A stretch of DNA of 46,210 nucleotides, from NCBI GenBank assembly GCA_030248215.1, contig JASANG010000727.1, positions 496,001 through 542,210 of the forward strand, written 5' to 3'. Below the pieces are notes generated by a model. That model was not told where the DNA came from. It saw only the letters and a program-made list of their open reading frames with translations, and did no database searches. Source of the DNA: Enoplolaimus lenunculus. Lineage: Eukaryota. Shown in pieces: positions 11,645-23,942 of the stretch. The translations under genes were made by a program, and so were the position numbers. Every line of letters starts with the position of its first letter. Position 1 is the first letter of the stretch.

Positions 11645-12242
11645 AAATTACGGAGAACATACATCTCTTGTTATTCCTCTGTATCTACACGAAGGTAAGC
11701 CTGTTTCGTTTTAATCATTTCAATGTCAAATATCAGATAAATAAGTGTTTAAGCTTTATGACAATTGCACGATATGATGCGTTGTCCAGAACATAATGCG
11801 ACGACATATTAGAAAAATACCATCAATTCAAGATAAGTAACGAATTTATAAAGTAAAAATTTCCAAATTCATATTTGATGAATTGTTATCAACCCGAAAA
11901 CTGTCGTATTCTGTTTAGTAGTAATTTCAGTTCTAAACTGCACAATTAATTATTTAATTGCAGTTTGCAAACTGACTGTTAATAAAAAAACCGCACGTCG
12001 AAATCTAATAACTATTGTGCAGTCTAGAATTGAAACAAAAACTAAAAAGAAACTTCTAGTTTTTGGGCTGATAACAATTCATCGAATACTAAATTGGAAA
12101 TTCAAATGAATTGTTGTCAAACCAAAAACTAGACGATATTTTAGTTGTAATTTCAATTCAAGACTTCACACAAGTTATCGAATTCAGTTGGCAAACAAAA
12201 CGTTGCCAAAGGAACGACAAGTAAGAAATTAATTTCACGTAC

Positions 12243-12495
12243 CAGTAAAGCCTAAACCATTCATATTGATGTTGGTCTTCGAACTCTGGCAATCTGCCAG
12301 ACGGCACAACTGATGCACAGTAGGCTTGCGAGTCAAAATAGTTCATCGTTGTGTCGCCAATTTTGTAGCAATAATTCTTGACCCGATCAAAATCAGGCTT
12401 CCAGTTGCCCGTATTACTTTCAATGTCGTGGGTAAAATTGTCATACGTCAACTTTAAGTCCCCGTGTAGCAGTAGTCGAGTTGTATCGGCGGCAT
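12243..12495 (-). CDS. Exon 2, N-terminal half of C-type lectin domain
   Basis: ttttag acceptor, DAADTTRLLL...NYCYKIGDTTMNYFDSQAYCASVVPSGRLPEF...WFRLYW, TG|gtacgt donor (phase 2). Confidence 0.88.
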
Positions 12496-13350
12496 CTAAA
12501 ATACGCGTTTTAATTTTTCAATTTACTGACCCATGTATAGAACAGGACCGAAACAGTTGTATAAGCATATTCCTGGTTTATGATGAACATGAAATATTCA
12601 TACAGGAATGGAGGAATGGGACAATCTCAAGTTATCTCGGCCATGTATCAGGGGAAACGTTTTTTGTGGGACTACATCGGAATAAGCTTAAGCTTTAGAC
12701 TAATTTTTGGTTAGACTTAGGCTTAGGAATATCATTTTGCTACTGTTTACGATCTCTAGCAGAACCAGAGGGGGGGCGTCAGAATTTTTTGTATCAAAAT
12801 GGTAAGGTCCCCCTACCTTACAATTTTTACCATCAGAAAATGTTTTGTTAAATCAATTTTTTCCGAAGAATTATTGTGTGATAAAATGGCAAGGTCCCTA
12901 CATTACAATTTATTGCAATTTTTCCCGCAGAAGTTTGTGTGTTAAACTGAAAAGGTCCCTACCTTACAAGTTTTACGTTTCATAACATTTACCAGTCAGC
13001 CCCCCGTCAGAAATTTTTGGATCCGCCTCTTGTTACGGCCTTGTTTCTTACATTGACCGTTAACTCGAATCTATCTTATTTATTGTCAAATTATTCAAAC
13101 TCCTTGCCTTAAACGATCAATTGCTAATTGGAACAATATAGGATTGACCTAACCTCCGCATGGCCGACGCCCTAAACAGTGTCTGAACCAATATACCGGC
13201 GACAATGGTGCTTAACGGATTTCATATTTAAAATTTTTTTTGGCAAAACCTGCCAATTCTAAACAATTTTATAGCAAAACGAACCGGATGCCTAAAGTTG
13301 CAATTTAGCATTCGTTGCTGAACCTGACCGTCTTCAAAATGACAACTTAC

Positions 13351-13405
13351 CTGCGTACTGAAAAAGCTGCAAAACACAGCAAATCAGCAAACTCCACGTC
13401 ATCAT
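13351..13405 (-). CDS. Exon 1 (signal peptide) of secreted C-type lectin / multi-cbEGF protein
   Basis: ATG ATG ACG TGG... = MMTWSLLICCVLQLFQYA then G|gtaagt donor (phase 1); hydrophobic; joins in frame to exon 2. Confidence 0.8.
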
Positions 13406-13727
13406 TCCTAATTTCTTGCGGAATTCAGTTTATGGTTTAAGATTCTTAATATTAATTACCAACCAACAGGAATACGTTGAATATTTGCTTACTGTTATTA
13501 ACAGGGCACAAAATGTATTGAAAAATATTAATCGAAAGAGGTTTGTGGCACCAAACGTGTTTTTTGAAATCACCATTTTGAAGGGATAATGTACCAGTAA
13601 GTGAATTTGTTAGCTTTCCGCCTATTACCGGTTGAAATTGTATCAAATTTTGAGTTCTAATTGTGATCCCAGTTAAGTGTTTGACCGATACCGGAATTGC
13701 GACCTTTGGAAGTTTTTCGCCAGATTA

Positions 13728-13913
13728 TGCGCCGTTCACAATATAAAATTTACCCTTGCCACCAAAAGTGTCATAAGGTAGCCTTAATGCGTGACAAATT
13801 TTAAATTTGTCACGCCTTATCTCTACACTAACACTTTTTTCCTGTTAAACCTACCCTAACGCATGTCACAAGGTAAACGCGTCGGTAACCTTTACCTTAT
13901 TGTGAACAGCGCA
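13728..13913. mobile_element. PIF/Harbinger-like MITE
   Basis: TTA|TGCGCCGTTCACAATA ... TATTGTGAACAGCGCA|TTA. Confidence 0.8.
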
Positions 13914-14119
13914 TTATCGCAATATCAATTTGAGTTGATAAGTTGGCGAATAACAGCCTTACACACTGAACTGGTCTCTATTTTGCTACCTGGTTCGGGC
14001 AGACTAAAGGGATTTTTGTGAATTAACATTAGGCTTGTCAGGTTTACGCCGAAGGTTCTTTCGTTAACCGTTACAGACCTTTTACAAAGCCATGTGTGCG
14101 CTTGAAATTGTTTCTCACT

Positions 14120-14453
14120 CACTGCAAAAAATGGGAGTCAAATTGACTTTCTGCGAAATAAGCTTTTCCGGACTGCACAAACTGAGTCAAATTCGACTCG
14201 CCAGAGCCAACTGCATTACAAATGAGCAATTTTATAAAATAGCACGTGTGACCTCAGTATAAACGTCAAATTGGCGTCGTGTTGCAGTTCCTGATTCCGA
14301 AAAAATAGCTCGTCTAAATGGTTTGCTATAAATCGAACACACGTGCTAATGTCAATGATAGTTGGCTCTGGCGAATCGAATTTGATTCAGTTTGTGCCGT
14401 CCGCAAAAGCCTATTTCGGAGAGAGTCAATTTGTCTCACCATTTTTTGCAGTG
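14120..14453. mobile_element. CACTGCAAAAAATGG MITE with about 150 bp foreign interior
   Basis: Both TIR arms present, centre replaced or interrupted relative to other copies. Confidence 0.8.
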
Positions 14454-17238
14454 TATAAATGCAAAAATTTTGTAATTAAATTTACAATTAAACACGAGTT
14501 TGGTTTATCGCTCGTTTCGTTCGCTGTTATTTTCGCTCATTATTTATTGTGCGGATTCGTTAGCAATTTTTACTGACAAAATTTTTTTTATATTTGAAAA
14601 TGATTTTTTAACATTTAAGAAAGTGTGCAAAGAGAATACGATTCAGTTTGCGGTTTTGCGAAAAAAGTTTAATTCCGCCGGCACTAATTCCGGTTTGGTT
14701 TTTGTCAGCTGTTGATAACAGCCGATGCAGTGTTTGCGTAATATTTTCAAATTTGAAACTGTGGCGCTTTTAATGTAACCGTTAGCAACCGAATGGACCG
14801 GAATAATTTTTTTGACCCAAATGCAATAAAACATGCGGATAAATCTTTATGCGCAAATTTCAAGTTTCAGTTAAAATACTCGGCGACCGGTACTCTATCA
14901 AGCTGATCTGACTTGCATTAGCGATTTATGAAACGAAACCAAATCAGATAGCAAGTTAGCAAAACAACATTTGTTGGTAAAAGAGTTAAAAGGGAGCAAA
15001 ATCAATACGCGAAAACAGGCTAAAATTGATTTAACCCAATATGGAAATAGCTATTTTGCATTGACCGATTATTATTAAAGTATTTTGGTTTGTTGAACAA
15101 TTCTGGTTCAAATTTACCAACTGGAAAATTTTTTAAATGGCTGACTTGAAGCAATTAATCACTTAGCAACGAATCCTTAAAATCTATATCCATTGTTGGT
15201 ACGTTGTATACAAAAGATCTCATATGCTTGCAATTTTTGTCATTAATATTTATTTTATATGCAAACTTAATATTGAAATAATTACAAATTGTTATATTTT
15301 ATTTTAGAAATAAGTTCTACATTTAGACTTTTACATCAGACTAATATATAAATAAATAAATATATATATGTATATAAATATATATAAATAAATATATATA
15401 TGTTAATTTATTTATTTATCTATATATATTTATTTATTCCTATAATGTATATGCTGACAAGTTTTTAAAAGCGTAAAATTATTCCCTTCACTAAGAGTTA
15501 GCAGAATTTGTGACAATATGAGATAGATAATGATTAGATTAGTGTAATTATGGTATAGAAACTTTTATTTGTCACTTTAAAAACACTCAAAAATTGGTCG
15601 TTTCTATGGTAAAAATTGTACCACAGATACCAGTATAATTGGCATTGAAATCAACATTGTCATTTTTCCTGAGATCTTGTAGGTATTTTGCAAATAGCAA
15701 TATTTTAGCGTGCTCGGTAGAAAGCCCGCATTCAGGTATTATGCACAGAACTGCACATTACCCGGCCGGGTAAAAAAATTTGATACGGGTATATCTGCGG
15801 CTAAAGCATTTCAAAGTGCAGGTCGAAATTTGTTAATCTTTTTACCGACATAAGGTTTTTGATAAGAAACTTGAAACCAGATAATGTAGAAACATTTGAA
15901 TTTTTACTATGCTGGTATGTATGTGAGGGTGAAAACGTTTCAGAAACCACGATTTTGGTGGCGTTTCTGACAATCTGGCTGCTGACGAAACTGTTATGCA
16001 GGCGTTCACTCTGTAAATGTCGCATATTTTATTCAGTAGCAACAACTAGCAAACCAGGTGCATTTAGCAGGATACGGGATTAGATTTGATCCTGAAACAT
16101 TTGAAGAAACTAGAAAAAAATGCAGTTTTTCAAGCTAAAATTTTTTCGCTCACAACGCCTGCTCAAGATAAAATCTTGACTACTATTCTACCGGTTAGGT
16201 GGAAAAACTGAAATACGAATCTATAGATTGCTTGAGCTGACCCTCGCCTTACCCGTGTAAACTTGATTTTTTTACCCGCAGGTATATTTGCGCAAACCTG
16301 TCTCACCAGTGACCCAGTTTATACCCTCGCCGTCTAGATTTTCTTTTGTGGTCAGAACAGCTTTTACCAAGTTTCCTGTGTATTGATGTAACATAAAACT
16401 GGTCTTGGTTATTAGGTCCGCAATAAACACAATTAGTAAGTAGCCGACAAGACGTAACCGGAAGTGGAAAACACGGCCGAGACGCTGTCGACAACTGTTG
16501 CCGTAACCCGGAACGTATTTGGCTATGAGACAAAATATCAAAAAATGTTCAAAAGTGAATTTTGTCACAGATTTCGTAGTGTTTTCAAAATTTAAAGTTT
16601 ACGCTTCAGTGTAAAAAATCTCAAAAAATCATACTTAAAATAATTACTCCAAAGTTACAAACCAAACTAGTGAACTTCACAAATTTTTACTACCAAAATT
16701 GCCGAAACCGCGAACAAAAATTGTGCCAGAGACGGAAGTTGATCGACTGCGGGAGCCACGGACAGATCTTTGGTTATACGCTAATATTTCGCGAATATAA
16801 ATTAAATCATACGTTTGTCGGTTCGAACCCAAATTCTAGGCGGAAATGAACCAGACGTTTTTACCCACGCTTCGAAATTCTTTACGCCTAGTATACCTAG
16901 GTTCAAAACTTTTACTAGGCTTGTGTTTACCTGTGAATACCCACGGCAGAGCCTAAGACAGACCACTGGTTGTACTTTGATTACCTGTGACAAATCAAAC
17001 CTTTATTTATCAGTAAGAGTGTAACATCGGGCGAATATAGTTAAACGTCGAATTTGTCGTTTGTTATTCTAATTCACAATGACAAAACAACCACATAACC
17101 AGCGCTTTGAAATTTTTGAACCGTATGTAAACTCAAGTCCAAAATTTTTTTACCCGACCTGCGTTTACTCGCTGTTACACGACGGCAGACGAAGAGTCCG
17201 TATAAGATATTTCAGCTTTTATTTTTGATTGATTTATC

Positions 17239-17838
17239 GGTCCATGTGACTTTAAGGGGCGTAAAGATTTCTTGTGGGTCTATAAAAGAGTGGGTGTAGG
17301 TTCTAGATTACAATTTTTTGTTTAGGCTTAGGCTTAGGAACACATTTTTGCAACGCTTAGTCTTAGGCTTAGGCTTAGGAACACATTTTTGCAACGCTTA
17401 GGCTTAGGCTTAGGCTTAGGAACACATTTTTGCAACGCTTAGGATTAGGTTTAGGCTTAGGAACACATTTTTGCAACGCTTAGTCTTAGCCTTAGGAACA
17501 CATTTTTGCAACGCTTAGTCTTAGGCTTAGGAACACATTTTCGCAACGCTTAGGATTAGGCTTAGCCTTAGGAACACATTTTTGCAACCCTTAGTCTTAG
17601 GTTTAGGCTTAGGAACACATTTTTGCAACGCTTAGGCTTAGGCTTAGGAACACATTTTTGCAACGCTTAGTCTTAGGCTTAGGCTTAGGAACACATTTTT
17701 GCAACGCTTAGTCTTAGGCTTAGGCTTAGGAACACATTTTTGCAACGCTTAGGATAGGTTTAGGCTTAGGAACACATTTTTTAGGCTTACGCTTAATACG
17801 CTTAATCTACTGTTACACCTCTAAAAGTAACATTGGCC
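17239..17838 (-). mobile_element. Telomere-repeat MITE, subfamily B, with 12-fold internal expansion
   Basis: Perfect 8-bp TSD GATTTATC; 12 copies of AACACATTTTTGCAACG separated by TTAGGC variants. Confidence 0.92.
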
Positions 17839-18356
17839 GATTTATCAGTCATTTAACAAATTCAACATTTCACGTTTATTTCATGAATAAAGGACTGACT
17901 GATTACTGTAGCAGAATTAAAGTTTTAAATTTGATTTTGTATTTTTCTGGAACTGTTCGACCGAACAAATTGCCGACATTTATGATATTGCACTTTTTAA
18001 ATTTTTGTCAACCAACCCCAACAACTTTTTTACTTTATTCAAATTTATTTTCATTGTTCGAATCAGTTTGTTTTTTACAGTCTGATGTCTTAGAAAACTG
18101 GCGTTGATTTTACACCCATGAACACAGTAAATTCCAGTGAGTTGGTTTGTTGATCTTAGAGTAAATTGAATCACTCACACAGAGTTAGGACTATCCGAAC
18201 TCAAAACTCTGAGTGGATTCAATTCATTCTAAGCTATTTAATGAACTCACCCGGAATCAACTCAACTCAGAGTCAGCATCAACTTTAACGCAGTGTGAGT
18301 TGATGTTTAATGTTGTTGTTAAAACAAAACTCGGTGATTAATGTATACATCTATAC

Positions 18357-19356
18357 TATAGATGAGCGCCGGGTATCTGTATATTCGGATATAGAAAAAT
18401 ATCCGGCTATGAGTTCGAAATGAAATAAGTATCCGGATATCCGTATATATCCAGACATTGGATTTCCGCCGGATTTACGAAACACTATTATGTAAAAAAT
18501 TTTGAATAATTTGCATTGTTTCATTATTAAAGTCGCTGGAGTTGGCGAAAACAAATTCTGTATTCAAACCTCAGTCAGAGTATTGAACTAAAATCTTGAC
18601 GATTTTGGTACGTATATATGGTTTACGCAAAAAATTACGCAATTCAACTCAGCGCGTGGTTTTTACACACTAAAATTTCTTCGAAAAATACGGACTTCTG
18701 AACTGTTGAAAATACATTTTTGGATCCGCAGCAGTCCATCTAAGATCACAAAAAATGAAAGTATATATTCAAGTTTTGGTAAATTAAAATTTAATTGAAA
18801 TCACCAGCAGAGGTTATGAGGAGCTAAATCGGCGTTATGTTTCGATATATTAAGAAGAGACCGTGTCCTGAAGATTTACACCAATAAGCAATGTAACAAC
18901 CAAATCATAATACTATTAAGTTTAAGCCTCCTCACCGTAATAAACACAAGTCTAAAACAAAGCCTATAAGCATAAGCCCAAGCAAACAAAATAGCGTAAA
19001 ATTTAGGTTGAGTTTTAGACGATTTACCGTAAAGTACATTTTAATGTGGTTCTTTCTTCTTGGAACGTAAAGCGACTCATGTATACATATTTCGAGGAAA
19101 GGGTGACATATAATAGAATCTCTGTAGCAGTGGTTTTACTCTCATAACAATCAGCTTGTGGGTCAGGGTACATCCTTGAGAGATAAAAGTTAAAACATGC
19201 GCTTAAGAAACTAAAATTGAAGTTCGAAAATCTACAAAACACAAAATCGAGATTCGGATATCCGTAATAGAAAACGTAATTTTTGATACTCGGATATATA
19301 TCCGGCAAGAACTACCGGATATCAGGATGTTAAAAAATATCCGGTGCCCATCACTA
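18357..19356. mobile_element. 1.0 kb non-autonomous hAT-type element
   Basis: TIR TATAGATGAGCGCCGG / TAGTGATGGGCACCGG, perfect 8-bp TSD ATCTATAC, subterminal ATCCGGATAT repeats. Confidence 0.88.
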
Positions 19357-19628
19357 ATCTATACAAACCACAGCCCTTTGTATAAATACAAAAACAAAGA
19401 GACAGAATTAAAATTCGTGAAACTTGAACAAAATGCTCTTTTAGCTGGAGGCTTTAGAATAACCTCCTGGTTCTTAATGGCCAGAAAATTTATCACTGGC
19501 AACGCTAATTTACTAAAATCATTTAACGTGACATTAATCCTATTGAATTTAGTAGTGACTACGCCCGTGATGAATATGCTTTTTTGAAATATACTTTTTT
19601 ATTTAAGGAAACACATTCTTCTACCTCT

Positions 19629-19722
19629 TGTAACCTAATACTTGAACACTCCTGTAACCTAATACTTGAACACTCCTGTAACCTAATACTTGAACACTCC
19701 TGTAACCTAATACTTGAACACT
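19629..19722. repeat. 24-bp tandem repeat x4 directly upstream of collagen ATG
   Basis: TGTAACCTAATACTTGAACACTCC, identical copies, last one truncated. Confidence 0.95.
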
Positions 19723-19731
19723 GTTACTATA

Positions 19732-19875
19732 ATGGAATTGCGAGTCGATCAAATTTATAGCGTTCTGTGCCTGTTGGCAACGATTTTATTTTTTTCGATC
19801 ATAACCATTCCGGTAATATATTACCAAGCAATCGTATTTGAGTCGGAAATTATTGCTGAAGTAAACGATTTTAAG
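19732..19875 (+). CDS. Cuticle collagen exon 1 (N-terminal TM / Col_cuticle_N region)
   Basis: MELRVDQIYSVLCLLATILFFSIITIPVIYYQ...EVNDFK|gtacgt (phase 0). Confidence 0.88.
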
Positions 19876-20097
19876 GTACGTCGGTTATCATATATGCGTA
19901 CTCCCTAAAAACTTAAACTTAAATTATAGCTTAACTATTAAACTAGAATATTAGGTTAAGTAAAACTCAAACAGCTGGACGATAAATCAAGTTAGTTCAA
20001 GTTTTTAGAGAGTATTTGCTAGCTTACAGATTAGCAGACCACGAATTTGCAAATAATTTTCCAATCTGAGTATATTTGAACTACAGCGCAAAGCATA

Positions 20098-20320
20098 CAC
20101 TGCAAAGAATGGTTAGTCATATTGGCTGTATCCGAAATAGGTTTTTCCGGATTACACAAACTGCATCTCAAATTTGACTCCGCCAGACTCAAATTCGACA
20201 TACCCGAATCGATCACTGAGTCAAAATTGACTCTGTCGGAGTCGAATTTGACTCAACTTGTGTAGTCCCGAAAAGCCTATTCCGCAGAGTGTCAATTTGA
20301 CTCACCATTTTGTTGCAGTG
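20098..20320. mobile_element. CACTGCAAAAAATGG MITE in collagen intron 1
   Basis: TA-flanked TIRs. Confidence 0.85.
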
Positions 20321-20630
20321 TAACCATTGAGCTGCAGTAATTGGCATAAGCACCTCGTTCATAAAGTCTAAGTCTAAGTTAGGTCAAAATTTGAAAATTT
20401 TAAAAACTGTAGACTAACTTTCAAGTACATGAAACTCGTATAGCACTCGAACAAGCGAGTAGAATTATAGTCTCTGAACCAAGACGTTATTAAAATAGAT
20501 TTTTAAACTCAAATTCTGACCGAACAATCAAAGTGAATGTCGTTTAAAACCCATCGAACGCTATTAAAGTTTGTGTCATATTGAATATAATATACAAAGC
20601 GGCGTACTCTCACAGTACAGTAGAGACATT

Positions 20631-20915
20631 GGCTTGGTTTCCAAAACCCTACTTAAGTACAACTTAGTACTTAAGTACATGCTAAGTAATTACATAACCA
20701 TTTTGTCGTTTTTAAAACCGTACTTAAGTTAAGAAACTACTTTAAGTCGCTGATTAAATTTGATATATTACAAAGTAACCGTTGAGGCATACTAACCTCG
20801 GTTTAATTGAAGCTTGTTTGGTTTTGCTCCAAAAGTTAAGTAATTACTTAAGTCGGTGATATAAGTAATTACTTAAGTATAACTTAAGACCATACTTAAG
20901 TATTTAGGAAATTGC
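20631..20915. repeat. Palindromic element built of ACTTAAGT motifs
   Basis: About 7 ACTTAAGT-type palindromes, TTTCC..TACTTAAGTA arms at both ends. Confidence 0.6.
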
Positions 20916-21315
20916 ACACTCTTGTTCTAGGGGTGTTCATCGACTCTCGGTATTACTGTTAGCCGTGGTTTAAGTCTTATAACGGACTAACTGCATCTAC
21001 AACTACATTGATCATCCTCTATAGAAGCTTAAACTAACTTGACTTAAGATTAGGCTTGTCCAATAGTATTAAACTAACTTTCTGGATTAAGTAAACTAAC
21101 AGGTAGGTTTACGCTTAAACTAATTTAATGTGTTATGTTTTTTAGTTTAAGATAAGCTTAGTGAACTCTCAGATACACATAATTTCTGGGCTTCATTTTT
21201 CCTTAACCCAAAAATAAGTAAATTTTTAGAGAGTACGCGTTGCTCTGACGTTACTTTACTATAGCTATCCTACCGTTGTTAAGTGCGACTCAGGAATCTT
21301 TTATATTATGTTTTT

Positions 21316-21564
21316 GGCGAATGTATAGAACTGGGCAGAAACAGTAGTATAAGCATATTCCTAAGATTAAGCCTAAACCTAAGCCTAAGCCTAAGCATAA
21401 GAATAAGCCTACTCCTAAGCTTATGCCTAAGCCTAAGCATAAAAATGAGCCAACACCTAACCCCAAGCCTAAACCTAAGCTTAAGCAAAAAATAGTCTAA
21501 CGCTTAAGCTTACTTTATCACAGTCCAGCCGGAAAACGATCCGGCACCGTTCGATACATGGGCC
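21316..21564 (+). mobile_element. Telomere-repeat MITE, subfamily A
   Basis: Perfect 8-bp TSD ATGTTTTT; ends 27 bp upstream of collagen exon 2. Confidence 0.9.
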
Positions 21565-21591
21565 ATGTTTTTGGTTTACGCATTTTTGCAG

Positions 21592-21844
21592 ATAAAAACC
21601 AACGCGTTGTGGAATGACCTTATAAAATTGGCCAAGTTGACTGAGCACGCAGAATTAATCGTACGGCATCCAAGAAAAGTTCACAGCGGTACAAGCGAAA
21701 AGCCGAAATTGCAAAATTTAGCAGTCAACTTCCCGCATTTTGACATTGAGCGACAAATTCGTACAAGAATTGAAGACGTCCGTCCGCCAAGTATTCGACC
21801 GTATTCTATTTTATCATCAGCTCCAGCGCCTGGAGGCAGCTGTC
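21592..21844 (+). CDS. Cuticle collagen exon 2 (end of Col_cuticle_N, RXXR site)
   Basis: tttttgcag|IKTNALWNDL...VRHPRK...GGSC C|gtaagt (phase 1). Confidence 0.88.
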
Positions 21845-22361
21845 GTAAGTAATATAAATTAAAGTGCCATAAAGGTACGACCCAATTTACACGTGCCAGT
21901 TTTTGCTGCGAGAACTTGCAGCTGCTAATTGCACGTGCAAGATTTGCCCAAAATCCCATGCGAAAAACTTGCAGCTGCAGATAATTCATTAGAAATCATA
22001 GCTAGGAATTTAGTTTACATGTGTGAATAACTATGCAAGTTCATTGAATTTATCGCAGCCGATTTGTCATTGGCTGATGAAAAAATGCAAGTTCGCGTGC
22101 AATTTGCAGCTGTAAGTTCTTGTAGCAAAAACTTGCACGTGTGAATAATGCTCAACACGGAAATTGGTCCCAGTGCAAGCTAAAAAGATCCGGGCCGACC
22201 TCACATTCCTCACCAAAAATTCTAGTATAGTTATTGCTAAAGAATCTTAAGCGTGGTTTTGGTGGGTACACAAGGCACAGACCTGTATCCGGTACGCTCC
22301 AATCAAAATTTATCGATAGGCAACTAGTCCAATATACCCAAGCACGTGTTGTAGCTTTTAA

Positions 22362-22623
22362 TCTTTCTCACTTGAATATTTGCAATTTCACATGAGATGT
22401 AATTTCAAGGTGAGATTCCATCCCCAGTCGCACGGGTGGGAGGCGTTTACGATGACCATTGAGCTATAGGAGCTTGACGCTTGAGCCAGAGTAGGCTCTC
22501 ACGTCTTGTGGAGATTTTGCACTGCGCATATATGTTATAAATGTTAAACACTGTGCACAGTGGGTGTATTGCTCGTACATTATGGTATTTAGTTGATCAT
22601 AGTATACACTATGAGTAAAAGGG
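22362..22623. mobile_element. piggyBac-like MITE in collagen intron 2
   Basis: TTAA flanks; shares GCTATAGGAGCTTGACGC..GCTCTCACGTCTTGTGG core with 25307 copy. Confidence 0.8.
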
Positions 22624-23435
22624 TTAAACCTACCCCCACCCCATTATAGGGACAACTTCCCTTCAAGGACACACAGGTTTGAACATTGACTTGGCAATTG
22701 TGCACCAATGAGAGAGATTACTGTAACAGTGAAAATCTAACAATTCGTGTGATATACCGACACCCTTTCCATAAATCAGAGATTCGGGCAAAACCGCAAA
22801 GCGCGCTGTATGTACATTCATTTTGCACACAAAGTGTACTCAGTTCAGGTTGGGCACCGGAAAAAACCAACGGGACAAATGGTCTCTTTCGGTTTTTTTC
22901 CGTTTTTTCCGAGGGGGTGGAAAAAACGGAAATAAACTTTTTACCATAATCTCAGTAAATCACTTGCAAAACAGCGACAAAACATCGCTCAAACAGTGAG
23001 AGATTGGTTTTTCTCACACTACCGTCATTGCGAAGGCTGATTTACTGGGAAGGAATTAGTGGCGATGCTGGAATGTTGGAAATGATTGACCGTACGAGAT
23101 ATGGTGGAAGATTATACTCGCAAGCGAAGCGAGCCAGAATGCGACATTTTAGTGCTAAACCTATAAATACAAAATCTTGGTTCCCCTTTGGATCCGCCAG
23201 TGTCTGTTCAGTTTAAACCCAATGTCAAACCTTATTAATACAAAGTCGCATCAAACGCCGGGCCCATGTTACTTTTACGGCCGTCCCGGTTTTTGGTGGG
23301 TCTGTAAAAGAGTAGGTTTACAACCTAGACTACATTTTGTTGCTTATTTGACTACGATGCGTTTTTTCGTCTAGCCAGTTTTAGCGTGATTTTAGTTATT
23401 TAATAGATTGTTTAACAGGTGCCATATCGTTATAG

Positions 23436-23942
23436 AATGTTCACCTGCCATCGCAAATAATTGTGCGTCTGGACCTCCGGGTTCACCTGGTCATCCTGGC
23501 GAGCCAGGAGAGCCAGGATTGCCGGGAGCTGCCGGAATAGATGGCACCGCCGGCGCCTGTGCGAACGGAGGTGCAAACACGTTTCCGCCGCAGTCATATC
23601 ACTTCAACCGAAGGGCAAAACATATCAGAGCGTCGAAACGATTCAAACGACATACAAAACCAAAATTGAACGGCAAAAATTCACGTTCAGTTTTGAAAAC
23701 TGCGAACAGATTGAAACTGCTCCAATCAAAATTGAATAAACCTTGTGAGAGAACCAACGGATGCCGCGTTATAGCGAAATGGAAGCGAAACTTACGAGAT
23801 CAAATTTCAGCATCGTCTACATTTGTCGATTATCCGCCGGCAACGCAGGGGTCTTACTATTCTGGCAGCGCAACTGAAGCACCGGTATGTCCTGTTTGTC
23901 AATCTGGACCAACGGGACGCCCAGGACTTCCTGGCTCACCAG
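23436..23942 (+). CDS. Cuticle collagen exon 3 (Cys cluster, first Gly-X-Y block, long interruption; may contain an in-frame intron 23571-23810)
   Basis: ttatag|(Q)CSPAIANNCASGPPGSPGHPGEPG...CPVCQSGPTGRPGLPGSP G|gtaagt. Confidence 0.85.

Noticed and set aside
11663..11684. Second candidate microexon (tag|ATACAG...AGAT|gtatgt) on the minus strand
   Set aside because: 22 nt, creates TGA with the phase-2 upstream exon and breaks the frame
17324..17795. CRISPR-like look (constant unit with variable spacers)
   Set aside because: Spacers are only TTAGGC variants, the array is inside a MITE, the context is eukaryotic and there are no cas genes
19629..19722. Spliced-leader RNA repeats
   Set aside because: Does not match SL1 GGTTTAATTACCCAAGTTTGAG on either strand; no donor or Sm site
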